A DNA stretch of 46,931 bases from a virus (lineage: Duplodnaviria; Caudoviricetes), in the IMG/VR virus record IMGVR_UViG_3300020045_006398, positions 1-46,931 of that record; one strand, given 5' to 3'. Numbering within the stretch: position 1 is the first letter of the stretch; each line of letters begins with the position of its first letter. The position numbers were made by a program, and so were the translations under genes. Positions 26,335 through 34,808 of this stretch are shown one piece after another. Under the pieces are notes generated by a model. It searched no databases, was not told where the DNA came from, and was given only the letters and a program-made list of their open reading frames with translations.

Positions 26335-27134
26335 TAGAATAGCTTTTTTTGTGAGCTATTTAAAATCTTGGCTTTGGCATCTTTAAAGAAGTTCTTTTTA
26401 ATCTCAAAGCCGTATGCCTGTCTTTCCAGTTGAATGGCTGCAAGGAGCGTTGTGCCACTTCCAGCGCACGGGTCGATTACCACATCACCCTTATCGGTAA
26501 ATATTTCAATGAGATTAGAAAGAACTTTTACAGGCTTTTGCGTTGGATGTACTTTTTCAATTGAGTTATCCCGTTGCCAGTCCATGCAATTAAAAACCAT
26601 CTTCCCATGATTATTGAACTTTGGCAACTTGTCACGGTACAGGATAAGTGCGTATTCACAATTCCCAACAGGGCGCATATTTGCCTTTAATACCTGAGCC
26701 GAAAAGTTTTTACGGAATACAAGGTTTATATATCGGTTCAATCCATATTCGGGTGCTTTCTGTATTAGTTCAAATTGCTGTTCAAATTCACAAAAGACAA
26801 TCATACAAGGGCTTTTACCCGTTTCTTTTGGTTCCTTCATCAACATGGTGGAGCAGAAGTGAAGGAACTCGGAGATCCGAAAATCTTTATCTGTATCGAA
26901 AAACTCTGTATTTGCTAATTTGCTTTCACCGTTTGTATTATCTCCGTCCTCATACCATGCTGGATTAGATGCGTAAGCGTTCTTTCCAAGATTATACGGT
27001 ATGTCAGCAATAATTAACTGAGCCTTTGGAATGGCATACCTCTTATAGTTCTGGAAGTGATCATTAAATAAATGAGGTTTATAATCATCATGTGATTTTG
27101 TACGCTCTCTTTGTTCCTGTATTGGCTGTGTCAT
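26334..27134 (-). CDS. DNA amino-methyltransferase (N6A/N4C, beta class)
   Basis: DIPY catalytic motif, HPTQKPV, and DPCAGSGTT SAM-binding motif. Confidence 0.9.
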   Translation of the reverse strand: MTQPIQEQRERTKSHDDYKPHLFNDHFQNYKRYAIPKAQLIIADIPYNLGKNAYASNPAWYEDGDNTNGESKLANTEFFDTDKDFRISEFLHFCSTMLMKEPKETGKSPCMIVFCEFEQQFELIQKAPEYGLNRYINLVFRKNFSAQVLKANMRPVGNCEYALILYRDKLPKFNNHGKMVFNCMDWQRDNSIEKVHPTQKPVKVLSNLIEIFTDKGDVVIDPCAGSGTTLLAAIQLERQAYGFEIKKNFFKDAKAKILNSSQKKLF

Positions 27135-27137
27135 TTC

Positions 27138-27329
27138 CTAATTTTCGTTTCTTAGATAAACTTCATCTATCAAAAAATCCATCGTATCATCAACCCTATC
27201 CTGATCTTTCAATCGTACACAAGCCATATCATAATACATCGCTGCAAATGGCATTTCAAAAAACACCAGGTTCCCGCATTCATCATGCGCCTCGATATGG
27301 GAGAGTTTGCGTTTTATTTTTTGGCTCAT
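27138..27329 (-). CDS. Hypothetical protein
   Basis: 63-aa ORF tightly packed in the early operon. Confidence 0.55.
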   Translation of the reverse strand: MSQKIKRKLSHIEAHDECGNLVFFEMPFAAMYYDMACVRLKDQDRVDDTMDFLIDEVYLRNEN

Positions 27330-27514
27330 ATCATTATATTTTTTGTTCGTGAAAGTTCAAAACCCATAGAATAGATAAGAGACAGCCCGGAGCATACTTC
27401 ATATTCTATTGACTTGCCTCTGAATAATACACCTGTTACCATCCTTATCTCTTGTTCAGGGTCATGCTTCAGGTAGACAATCTCTCCTATTTCAAATTCC
27501 AGGTTAATGGTCAT
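27326..27514 (-). CDS. Small SH3/KOW-like hypothetical protein
   Basis: FEIGEIVYLKHD pattern; ATGA overlaps with neighbours. Confidence 0.6.
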   Translation of the reverse strand: MTINLEFEIGEIVYLKHDPEQEIRMVTGVLFRGKSIEYEVCSGLSLIYSMGFELSRTKNIMI

Positions 27515-27855
27515 ATCGCTTCTTTTTCCATCACATTAAACCTTGTCCGTCCTGTCTTTTCCTCAAGTCCCTCACCCCGATAAATCCCGGTGAATGAGAA
27601 TTGAATGGAAAACTTAGGCTCCTTGCCATCAATCTGATCGATATCCACATGCACCTTTGTAATAAGGAATGATGTATATCCCTCTGCATGGTCATTGAGT
27701 GCTATATCCTGACCTACCTGCAATGGACAGTTTTCTTTTATCCATATTGCTTCAAGTTTTGATATGGCACTCAGGGCATTATTGATCTGCCTTTGTTGTG
27801 CGAATTTCTTTTTAAGAAACTCCGATGCTTCCAGTTTTCTATTTTTCGTTTTCAT
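27511..27855 (-). CDS. Hypothetical protein
   Basis: 114 aa; helical N-terminus plus CPLQVGQDI motif. Confidence 0.6.
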   Translation of the reverse strand: MKTKNRKLEASEFLKKKFAQQRQINNALSAISKLEAIWIKENCPLQVGQDIALNDHAEGYTSFLITKVHVDIDQIDGKEPKFSIQFSFTGIYRGEGLEEKTGRTRFNVMEKEAI

Positions 27856-27897
27856 ATATGGATAAGATTGATAAAATGTTAATGTAATGTGACAGAT

Positions 27898-27941
27898 AAA
27901 AGAAAAGGCGGGTCTGTATCCAATTACCTTTCCCGCCTTTT
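27898..27941 (-). terminator. Long-loop terminator-like hairpin
   Basis: AAAAGGCGGG / CCCGCCTTTT stem with 19-nt loop and T-rich flanks. Confidence 0.6.
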
Positions 27942-27998
27942 ACAATTCGACTATTATAGCAAGTGCCTGTACTTTTACAGGACTTTATTTTGTGTCGA

Positions 27999-28046
27999 TA
28001 AAAACACCGGGATTGCATAGATCTGCATAAACCCCCATCCCGGTGT
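27999..28046 (-). terminator. Long-loop terminator-like hairpin
   Basis: ACACCGGGAT / ATCCCGGTGT stem followed by a T tract on the minus strand. Confidence 0.6.
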
Positions 28047-28076
28047 ATCCAAAAAACCAACTTGAATGAATGATGT

Positions 28077-28355
28077 CTACACTTTTGCAGACGGTATTAT
28101 TATTTTATCAATACAATTAACTGATGTCATTACAATAACCTGGAATCCTTCATTTCTCAATTCTCTATGCCTCAATTCCTGTAGTGCTGTAGGTTTCTCT
28201 CCCGGTTGTTTCACTTCCACAAATACACATTGCCCGTTTTTCAATGCCCACAAATCAGGGTATCCACTTTTAGATACTGACAGCGGCCTGAGGACTATCC
28301 AGCCTTGTCTGGACAGTTCCTTTTTGATTTTCGCTTGGATTTGTTTTTCTAACAT
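28077..28355 (-). CDS. VRR-NUC domain nuclease
   Basis: EKQIQ...GYPDL...FVEVKQPGEKPTALQ signature. Confidence 0.9.
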   Translation of the reverse strand: MLEKQIQAKIKKELSRQGWIVLRPLSVSKSGYPDLWALKNGQCVFVEVKQPGEKPTALQELRHRELRNEGFQVIVMTSVNCIDKIIIPSAKV

Positions 28356-29598
28356 GGCTTTGACGATAATATGAGTAGGTGAAATTGATCTTGTTGGTTA
28401 CTGCCTGATATATTTTGCGCTCTATACCATGCTTTGAGAATATCCAGTAAAGCGGTGCTGATCCTTGACGCTCTAATGATTGGATACGGGCTTTTGCCTG
28501 GAAGTAAGAAGTTGCTGAGAAATCTATATTATACATCACCAGTGCATCCGCACTCGATAGATTAACTCCCTCTCTGGCTGACTGTATTTGCCCTAAGAAT
28601 GTTAGATTTGACGATACATTAAATAACTCAGGCGAATCTGTCCAGTTTGGAAAAAATGCTTTCAGTAATTCTAATTCGGCTTTATACCTGTAGAATATGG
28701 CTATCTTTTTTCCAATGAAATAGGAAACGATAAATGTTGCCTTACTCCAATCGATAATTACTCCATTTGGTTGATCATCAAAAAGAAGCGTACCGCTGCT
28801 GATTTGTGCCAGTTTATTAATCATATCACCACCACCATTAACCGTAGCGTGGATTTCACGCCCTGATACTGGTGCATGTCTGGTGTATAGGTTTTCTTTC
28901 TCTAGCGACCTGTAAATGCGCTTAGATTCCTCACTCATTTCAACCTCAAGAATAATCTCATCCACTGGAGCGACAAATCCGGCCTCTTCCTGAGTGAACA
29001 TGATGCAGAAGTGTTTTATGTGTTTCCAAATCAAATCACCATTAGCATCTGAATAATCATTGATAAGCATCCCTGCCCCGATGCGTTTCTTTTTAACCAT
29101 TACATAATGGGCAGCCCATTTATAGAAATTGGTGTACTGCTTAAATGGAGAAAAGGAGGATATGGATAATGTGTGATAAAGCTGACTATATGATTCAGGT
29201 GATGGTGTGCCAGTCAAAAAAGTAACAGGTTTGCCTACACATAATTTACGGACGGCTAATGTTCTTTGCGATGGTTTCGGAAATGCACCAAAAGAATGAG
29301 ACTCATCCACGATAACATGATCATACTCATTTGCGTTAAGTTTTGCAGCTTGTTCAAAATTAGTTACGTGTAATACATACACAGGCTCCAATCTTTGATG
29401 ATCTGCCTGTATGGAGGCAATGGCTTTCTTTTTGGTAAGAAAAAGCACTGATTTATAACCGTTCAATCTTGCTACTTCAAGCGCTGTTAAACTCTTGCCC
29501 GTTCTGACCTGCATAAACAGGCACAATAGTCCATGATTAAGGAGTGTCAATGCGCCTCTGTGGGCTATATCTTTCTGGTAATCTCGTAACTGAACCAT
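28270..29598 (-). CDS. SF2 (SNF2/DEAD-like) helicase
   Basis: LRDYQ Q motif, RTGKS, IVDESH, LTGTP, EGVNLS and QAKARIQ. Confidence 0.9.
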   Translation of the reverse strand: MVQLRDYQKDIAHRGALTLLNHGLLCLFMQVRTGKSLTALEVARLNGYKSVLFLTKKKAIASIQADHQRLEPVYVLHVTNFEQAAKLNANEYDHVIVDESHSFGAFPKPSQRTLAVRKLCVGKPVTFLTGTPSPESYSQLYHTLSISSFSPFKQYTNFYKWAAHYVMVKKKRIGAGMLINDYSDANGDLIWKHIKHFCIMFTQEEAGFVAPVDEIILEVEMSEESKRIYRSLEKENLYTRHAPVSGREIHATVNGGGDMINKLAQISSGTLLFDDQPNGVIIDWSKATFIVSYFIGKKIAIFYRYKAELELLKAFFPNWTDSPELFNVSSNLTFLGQIQSAREGVNLSSADALVMYNIDFSATSYFQAKARIQSLERQGSAPLYWIFSKHGIERKIYQAVTNKINFTYSYYRQSHVRKTNPSENQKGTVQTRLDSPQAAVSI

Positions 29599-29621
29599 TG
29601 AGGGAGGATTTTAATTTTTTC

Positions 29622-29665
29622 AAAATCAGCCCCGGCTTGAAGTCATTGCTGGCCGTACCGGGGCT
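29622..29665 (-). terminator. Long-loop hairpin
   Basis: AGCCCCGG / CCGGGGCT stem, 22-nt loop, followed by GATTTT. Confidence 0.5.
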
Positions 29666-29687
29666 TTACAAAACGAACATTGCTTCT

Positions 29688-29996
29688 TTAAAAAGGCAAA
29701 TCGTCCTTTGATTCATTATTAACCACTTGCGCATCTTCAATATCATCACCAGTAGGCGGCAGATCGCTATCATTGACAGGCTGAGGCACATAAGGCTTGA
29801 ATTTCCCATGAGCGATATACTTTTTCTCTTTAGCATCCTTGTCGTAGATGGTTGCATAATGGGTGCTCCCTTTTTCTGATGGCTTTTGACGCTCACATAC
29901 CTGGATGGTAAGCATCACTTTGCCCTCATTGTTTTTCCAATAAGCTATTTTAGGTATATCGGAAATGGAAAGTGTTAATTCGATTGGATCATGCAT
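29688..29996 (-). CDS. Putative ssDNA-binding protein
   Basis: Small beta-rich domain with an acidic tail ending DDLPF, as in SSB C-termini. Confidence 0.55.
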   Translation of the reverse strand: MHDPIELTLSISDIPKIAYWKNNEGKVMLTIQVCERQKPSEKGSTHYATIYDKDAKEKKYIAHGKFKPYVPQPVNDSDLPPTGDDIEDAQVVNNESKDDLPF

Positions 29997-30029
29997 CTGT
30001 TTGATAATTGTTAGGTTTTTAAATTATAA

Positions 30030-30512
30030 TTAGCCTATTTCATTAAGAGATGCAAATTCACCATGATAGTGCAATGCACCTTTATTATATGCGTGGGCCG
30101 CTTCTATTTCTGATGAAAAGCAACCTAAGTGGTAAACCTTGCCATCCGCATTTATTTTTACATTAAACTTTTTTTGATTAACATGCCAACAAACTCCTTT
30201 GTATTTAGACTTGCCCCTAGTTTTTAGCATGTTCTTATTGTTTTGGCTGTGGCTACATAGTCTCAGATTAGCTTTCCTGCAATCAAGTCCCTCATGATTT
30301 ATGTGGTCAACCAATTTTTTAGGGTCAGTTACGCCCATTATTTGCCTATGCATTTTAATGGCCGATCTAGTACCATCTGCATTCCTAATATTCCGTTTTG
30401 CATAAAAGGTACTTACCCCTTTGTCGGCATACCATTTCCATTGCATCAAATAATCATAGTCGCAATCATCTACAATGGCAACCTTGCCTTGAGTCAGTGG
30501 TATTTCCTTCAT
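30030..30512 (-). CDS. HNH endonuclease with AP2 DNA-binding domain
   Basis: MHRQI...VDHINHEGLDCRKANLR (HNH) followed by SKYKGV...HLGCF...AAHAYN (AP2). Confidence 0.9.
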   Translation of the reverse strand: MKEIPLTQGKVAIVDDCDYDYLMQWKWYADKGVSTFYAKRNIRNADGTRSAIKMHRQIMGVTDPKKLVDHINHEGLDCRKANLRLCSHSQNNKNMLKTRGKSKYKGVCWHVNQKKFNVKINADGKVYHLGCFSSEIEAAHAYNKGALHYHGEFASLNEIG

Positions 30513-31600
30513 TAGTTATTTATGTCTAAGTCAATTAATCCCAAGCTGTCAGCATCAGCATAAATGCTCCACCCAGGGAAATCACCAAGCTGGATGCATG
30601 TTTTTGCCGTTTCAATTGATGAATGAAACTGCTCTGTAGATGCTTTAATCTCATTGTCATTAAGAATGAATACACCTACCTGGTAGGGTTCGGATGTTGA
30701 CAGCACTATCATGATAGTTGTGTCAAATTCAACACCAGTAACTTTTGACACTATCTTCTGGTATGCCGCTTCTTTTGTTAAATACGATAGCCTCTTCATT
30801 TGGTATCCGTAACCACGTACCGAAGATTCCGATGTTGTCTTTACCGATACAATAGCATTCACTCCGATCTGATCAGCGAATAACAAACCATCAGGGCGTA
30901 CACGCATTGGCATACCCATATAATCATTACAGTAGATGGATACCTCCCGATGTGCAGCATTCAGGATACCCGCCCATAATCCATTTTGATATGCTTTCCA
31001 TCTTTCGTGAATACGTTGGACAATAAGAGCGTCTTTAAATTCGATGGCACGTTTGCCGGATACCCCTATCAGGAAATTGATAAGCGTTTTTTTCTCGTCT
31101 GTTTTTGCATTTGGGCTTATCTCAGTTGTGTGATCAAGGCATTGTATTGACCAAAAATTGATCAACGTATCCAATCCCTCATGACTAGCCCTATTAGCTT
31201 TCGGCTCACATACTACCGTATCCCATTTCTCTGGCTCCAGTATCGCTTCATGGACAAATGACCCAAGATCAAAGTGAGAGCGATCTTTATACTTTTCAAT
31301 CTCTGCTTTCAATCCGTCCGTGGTATCGTAAAGGAAATCAAGCGGCGTACCGTTAGCCAGTTTTGCAAACGACCCTGTAGAGTAGAAATATACATTACTG
31401 AGATATGATGCAAAATCATCTTTAATGACTATCCCTCCATTTTGGAATAGCTGAAGATCAGGACCGTTACCTGGTATGCCATTGGCTTTGATGAAATCAA
31501 TGATGATCTGCTTTTTGTTTACAGGTGCTACTTCTGCATTTTCTAAAGCATCGAAGTCGATACCGTTAAATTCTTGTTTTGTAAGTGTGGCTGTTGTCAT
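30512..31600 (-). CDS. RecE/exonuclease VIII-like PD-(D/E)XK nuclease (DUF3799-like)
   Basis: LGSFVHEAILEPE, REVSIY, RVRPDGL, SVKTT and AAYQ motifs. Confidence 0.8.
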   Translation of the reverse strand: MTTATLTKQEFNGIDFDALENAEVAPVNKKQIIIDFIKANGIPGNGPDLQLFQNGGIVIKDDFASYLSNVYFYSTGSFAKLANGTPLDFLYDTTDGLKAEIEKYKDRSHFDLGSFVHEAILEPEKWDTVVCEPKANRASHEGLDTLINFWSIQCLDHTTEISPNAKTDEKKTLINFLIGVSGKRAIEFKDALIVQRIHERWKAYQNGLWAGILNAAHREVSIYCNDYMGMPMRVRPDGLLFADQIGVNAIVSVKTTSESSVRGYGYQMKRLSYLTKEAAYQKIVSKVTGVEFDTTIMIVLSTSEPYQVGVFILNDNEIKASTEQFHSSIETAKTCIQLGDFPGWSIYADADSLGLIDLDINN

Positions 31601-31615
31601 GATATTATTTATTTT

Positions 31616-31736
31616 AAAAGGAAGGGTGGCAGTAGACTGAGAATCTTTTTTGATCTGCCACCCGTCACCGTGGAAGTATTTTTGGTTTTAAAAAAGGGGC
31701 GGCAATGAGGTGTTATGCTCAGGCTGGCGCCGCCCC
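31616..31736 (-). terminator. Two tandem long-loop terminator-like hairpins
   Basis: GGGTGGCAG/CTGCCACCC (31624-31663) and GGGGCGGC/GCCGCCCC (31696-31736), each followed by a T-rich tract on the minus strand. Confidence 0.65.
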
Positions 31737-31755
31737 GATAGATAGGGAGCGGTAG

Positions 31756-32316
31756 CTATTTGACAGTTCCTGGCAATGAGTATGCTTTCAATTTCACATC
31801 CCACTTGTCAGAACTGAAGGAGTTGGTTTTGTTTTTCTCTTTACCCAGGTAGGTAACTTCCACACCCTGGCCAACAGGAATGTTATTGTCTTGCATGGTA
31901 CCGATCAGGCGAGCCGTTGCATTGCGTACACGTAAAACAACGCCGTTCCTTTTCCACAGGAAATATGCTGCCTTCATTGTCTTTTGCTCTCCTGTGTCCT
32001 GATCAACATCAGTAGTCGTGATCACTCCGAGGAAAAACATATTGCGTTGGCTCTTCTCTGTCCTCATTCCTTCATGCTCTGCCTCGGGCGTCCAATATTC
32101 GCTTGATAGCGACATTGGTACAGTTGGCATTGTGTCCAAATCTGGAATATCATCTGCTCCCGATAATCCATTCACATCGATACTGACAGTTTGAATAGGT
32201 GCCTTACGCGCTGCATCTACCCCCGTCTCACTCGCCACTACTACAGCCTTTGTTTCATCGGTTGGCGTACCGTTGGCCTTAGTTTTATCTTTGGCCGTTG
32301 TCATTGTTGTTTCCAT
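31756..32316 (-). CDS. Putative OB-fold ssDNA-binding/annealing protein
   Basis: Beta-rich core (GQGVEVTYLGKEK); directly upstream of the RecE-like nuclease. Function is inferred. Confidence 0.45.
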   Translation of the reverse strand: METTMTTAKDKTKANGTPTDETKAVVVASETGVDAARKAPIQTVSIDVNGLSGADDIPDLDTMPTVPMSLSSEYWTPEAEHEGMRTEKSQRNMFFLGVITTTDVDQDTGEQKTMKAAYFLWKRNGVVLRVRNATARLIGTMQDNNIPVGQGVEVTYLGKEKNKTNSFSSDKWDVKLKAYSLPGTVK

Positions 32317-32355
32317 GATAATTTATTGATAGGTTAAATGATTAAATACAATTTG

Positions 32356-32444
32356 TTGCTGAGGCAGGATTCGAACCTGCATGAGTTAACCCCCCGGGCG
32401 CGCGTTAATAAATCCGGTACGTCTACCAATTTCGTCACTCAGCA
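32356..32444 (-). ncRNA. tRNA-like RNA (Leu-type scaffold, aberrant anticodon arm)
   Basis: Acceptor stem TGCTGAG/CTCAGCA, D-arm ACG-AAATTGGTAGA-CGT, T-arm GCAGG-TTCGAAT-CCTGC, long variable arm; the anticodon loop is 14-16 nt. Confidence 0.75.
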
Positions 32445-32510
32445 TTTTTAAAAAGGACGGTTTGGTAAAGCCTCCCCGCCCAGTAATGACAAGGCCATCC
32501 CACTGACCTA

Positions 32511-32807
32511 TTAATCTTGTGCCGGACGGTAATGCTTCATTAAATACCTGTCCAGATCTTCAACTTTGAAGAGTATCTCATGATCAGGTTTCGAATAACC
32601 GATCTGATCTTTCAGTACTTTGCGTAAGTGCGTTACTGATTTTTTTATATACCTGGCTGCATCCTCTGAATTGAGCCACTTTTCGCCCGTGATCTGCTTT
32701 TGAATGCTGCGATTAATCTCAAGGCATTCACGAATCAGATCAAGGTCATCAGATGCTATTTCTGTTACATGCCGGATGACCGGTTCAGATTGAGCTATCA
32801 AACTCAT
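32511..32807 (-). CDS. Excisionase-like helix-turn-helix protein
   Basis: KWLNSEDAARYIKKS...ILFKVEDLDRYL, an HTH_17/MerR-like pattern. Confidence 0.75.
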   Translation of the reverse strand: MSLIAQSEPVIRHVTEIASDDLDLIRECLEINRSIQKQITGEKWLNSEDAARYIKKSVTHLRKVLKDQIGYSKPDHEILFKVEDLDRYLMKHYRPAQD

Positions 32808-33204
32808 AGGGGAGTTGTTTAAATTGGATGAATGCTTTGATGTCTTTTGGTGTCATGTAGTTCTCGATGTAATCGATATAACCAATGACTGCGGTGTGCT
32901 CATCTTCTACGATATCACCCCCTTCCATATGGTTGGTACCTTCTGTGATAGTGAGCCTATCGGTATCGCTCAACCATGCATGGAGGTCAGCATGTTTGAT
33001 GTATAGAGTACTGATATCAGCATCCTCATCACCGCTGTAACATTCCAAATCAACCTTTACGAAATCGGTACGATTCTCAAAGAAGATGTCAAAGACGATC
33101 TTCTTTTGTTTTTTGGCTGATATTTCCTTCACCACTTTTTCAGGGGCAATGAAATTGAAGATCGAATCGAAGAGAGAGTTTTGTTTTTGCGTTTGGCCTT
33201 GCAT
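32785..33204 (-). CDS. Hypothetical protein
   Basis: 139-aa acidic ORF in the early operon. Confidence 0.6.
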   Translation of the reverse strand: MQGQTQKQNSLFDSIFNFIAPEKVVKEISAKKQKKIVFDIFFENRTDFVKVDLECYSGDEDADISTLYIKHADLHAWLSDTDRLTITEGTNHMEGGDIVEDEHTAVIGYIDYIENYMTPKDIKAFIQFKQLPYEFDSSI

Positions 33205-33313
33205 GATTAGTGAGTTTATATTTTGAAAAAATTATATCAGTCTTTTTTCTATAATTTAAAGTATGGTTAAGGGTGTTTTTTGTATCACCAATTGACATAC
33301 TTTTGATTTGTAA

Positions 33314-33523
33314 TTAGTTCTTACGGACGGGTGAACTCAAGAACTTTAAAGCCTCTTTTGCGAGCCGGCTTAAAAAATCCTGATCCTTTACAAACCCGTC
33401 CCTTGCATCTGTAATCCTGCCAGGATTGCATCCCATTACTGTAGCAAGTTTGCGCTTGCTACCCCGTGGCAACCTATCGAGCAGGTTAGCCAGGTCAATG
33501 TTTTTTTGGATTGTGTCAGTCAT
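33314..33523 (-). CDS. Cro-like HTH regulator
   Basis: Divergent from cI; LPRGSKRKLATVMGCNPGRITDARDG HTH; likely start ATG 33523 downstream of a TAGATTTG promoter element. Confidence 0.7.
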   Translation of the reverse strand: MTDTIQKNIDLANLLDRLPRGSKRKLATVMGCNPGRITDARDGFVKDQDFLSRLAKEALKFLSSPVRKN

Positions 33524-33550
33524 ATTTCTTATTCTTATTCTTCGGTAAGG

Positions 33551-33627
33551 CAAATCTAGTTTCAATTTTGAAACTATTTGCTACTTATTGAAACTTTAAG
33601 GAATAATTAACACTTTCAAAAATGAAA
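33551..33627. promoter_or_regulatory. Lysis-lysogeny switch: early promoter and operators
   Basis: Minus-strand TAGATTTG at 33551-33558 overlapped by the palindrome TAGTTTCAA-TT-TTGAAACTA (33557-33576); second TTTCA-N4-TGAAA at 33614-33627 over the cI start. Confidence 0.7.
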
Positions 33628-34296
33628 CTTTCCAAAGAGGATATTTTAGAAGCCAGGAATAAGACAGGGTTAAATCAGGAGCAATTCGCTGATTTACTTA
33701 TGATTAGTGAATCATATCTGGCAAAACTAGAAACAGGTGCAGTGCCAATTTCACCCAAAAGTGAAATAAAATTGCAAATCAAATTGAGGCAAATAGTTTC
33801 AAAATTTGAGGGAAAGCAGTCAATGGCTGAGGATGAACAGGCAGTATACGCCACAAAGCACAGCCCGCCTAACAAGCCCATCCCCTACTATGACGTAGAT
33901 GTTATGCTCACGCCTATAGAGGTTTTTAATGATCAGACCACGGTACCGGCATACGAAATTGATATGCCTGGCTTTTCGGATTGTGCATTTGCCATCAATG
34001 TATTTGGGCATAGCATGTATCCTACCATTGAATCCGGTACCATTGTTTTCTGCAAAGAGATAAAGGATAAAAGCCTAATCATACCCGGTGAGGTGTACTT
34101 TATAGTAACAGATGATTACAGGATGGTAAAGCGAATATTAAAATCTGAAAAGGTAAATCACGTTATAGCTTCAAGTGATAACCACAACGGGCACGATAAC
34201 CCCGATGGCAGGACTTATGGATCTGTGGATATCCCCCTTTCGAAGATCCGGAAGCTGTATATCGTTAAAGGAAACGTAAAAAGAAACTCTATATGA
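33622..34296 (+). CDS. cI: CI-like repressor (HTH + S24 peptidase)
   Basis: XRE HTH (LNQEQFADLLMISESYLAKLETG); S24 motifs VFGHSMYP and MVKRI. Confidence 0.9.
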   Translation: MKLSKEDILEARNKTGLNQEQFADLLMISESYLAKLETGAVPISPKSEIKLQIKLRQIVSKFEGKQSMAEDEQAVYATKHSPPNKPIPYYDVDVMLTPIEVFNDQTTVPAYEIDMPGFSDCAFAINVFGHSMYPTIESGTIVFCKEIKDKSLIIPGEVYFIVTDDYRMVKRILKSEKVNHVIASSDNHNGHDNPDGRTYGSVDIPLSKIRKLYIVKGNVKRNSI

Positions 34297-34808
34297 AACA
34301 CATCATCCTACCAATACTTATCCTGGTATCCCTCACCACCTCAGCCCAAAAACCTATAAAAATCACCACCGATATTGACGCCTTCACTGGTGACACATCA
34401 ATCAGCACCGGATTCATAAAATTTCAGGAGCCGTTAGGCGGGAATATAGGTCTTATGTTCACCTGCCATTACCAGGGAGGTATATATTATTTGGCCTCAA
34501 TACTTGCAATGGATAACCTCACGACAATGGATGCCGGTGATCAGATGGTGATTAAATTACAGGATGGCAGCCTGATAACTTTGATGGCTGCTGATTATGC
34601 CGTAAGTAGCTATAATGGGAATGAGTCATATACATTGATCACAGCTTATCCCATATCCATTGACGACCTCACCCGGTTATCACTTACCACTATTGACCTG
34701 GTAAGAATACAGACATCAGAGGGCAATCAGGATCGGGAGCCATCACCAAAGAAGAGCCCGGAGGCTTGCAGACTTGCTTTTGAGCAGTTTGTGGAATACC
34801 TAAAATAA
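34293..34808 (+). CDS. Exported protein co-transcribed with the repressor
   Basis: Signal peptide MKHIILPILILVSLTTSA|Q; DAFTG motif; ATGA overlap with cI. Confidence 0.7.
   Translation: MKHIILPILILVSLTTSAQKPIKITTDIDAFTGDTSISTGFIKFQEPLGGNIGLMFTCHYQGGIYYLASILAMDNLTTMDAGDQMVIKLQDGSLITLMAADYAVSSYNGNESYTLITAYPISIDDLTRLSLTTIDLVRIQTSEGNQDREPSPKKSPEACRLAFEQFVEYLK

Noticed and set aside
27839-28060. 73-aa ORF in the ORF track
   Set aside because: It overlies three hairpins, has a weak start and atypical composition; probably non-coding.
28270-28355. 86-nt overlap of helicase and VRR-NUC as a frameshift or fusion
   Set aside because: VRR-NUC has its own ATG and complete motifs; the helicase tail looks like a simple run-on extension.
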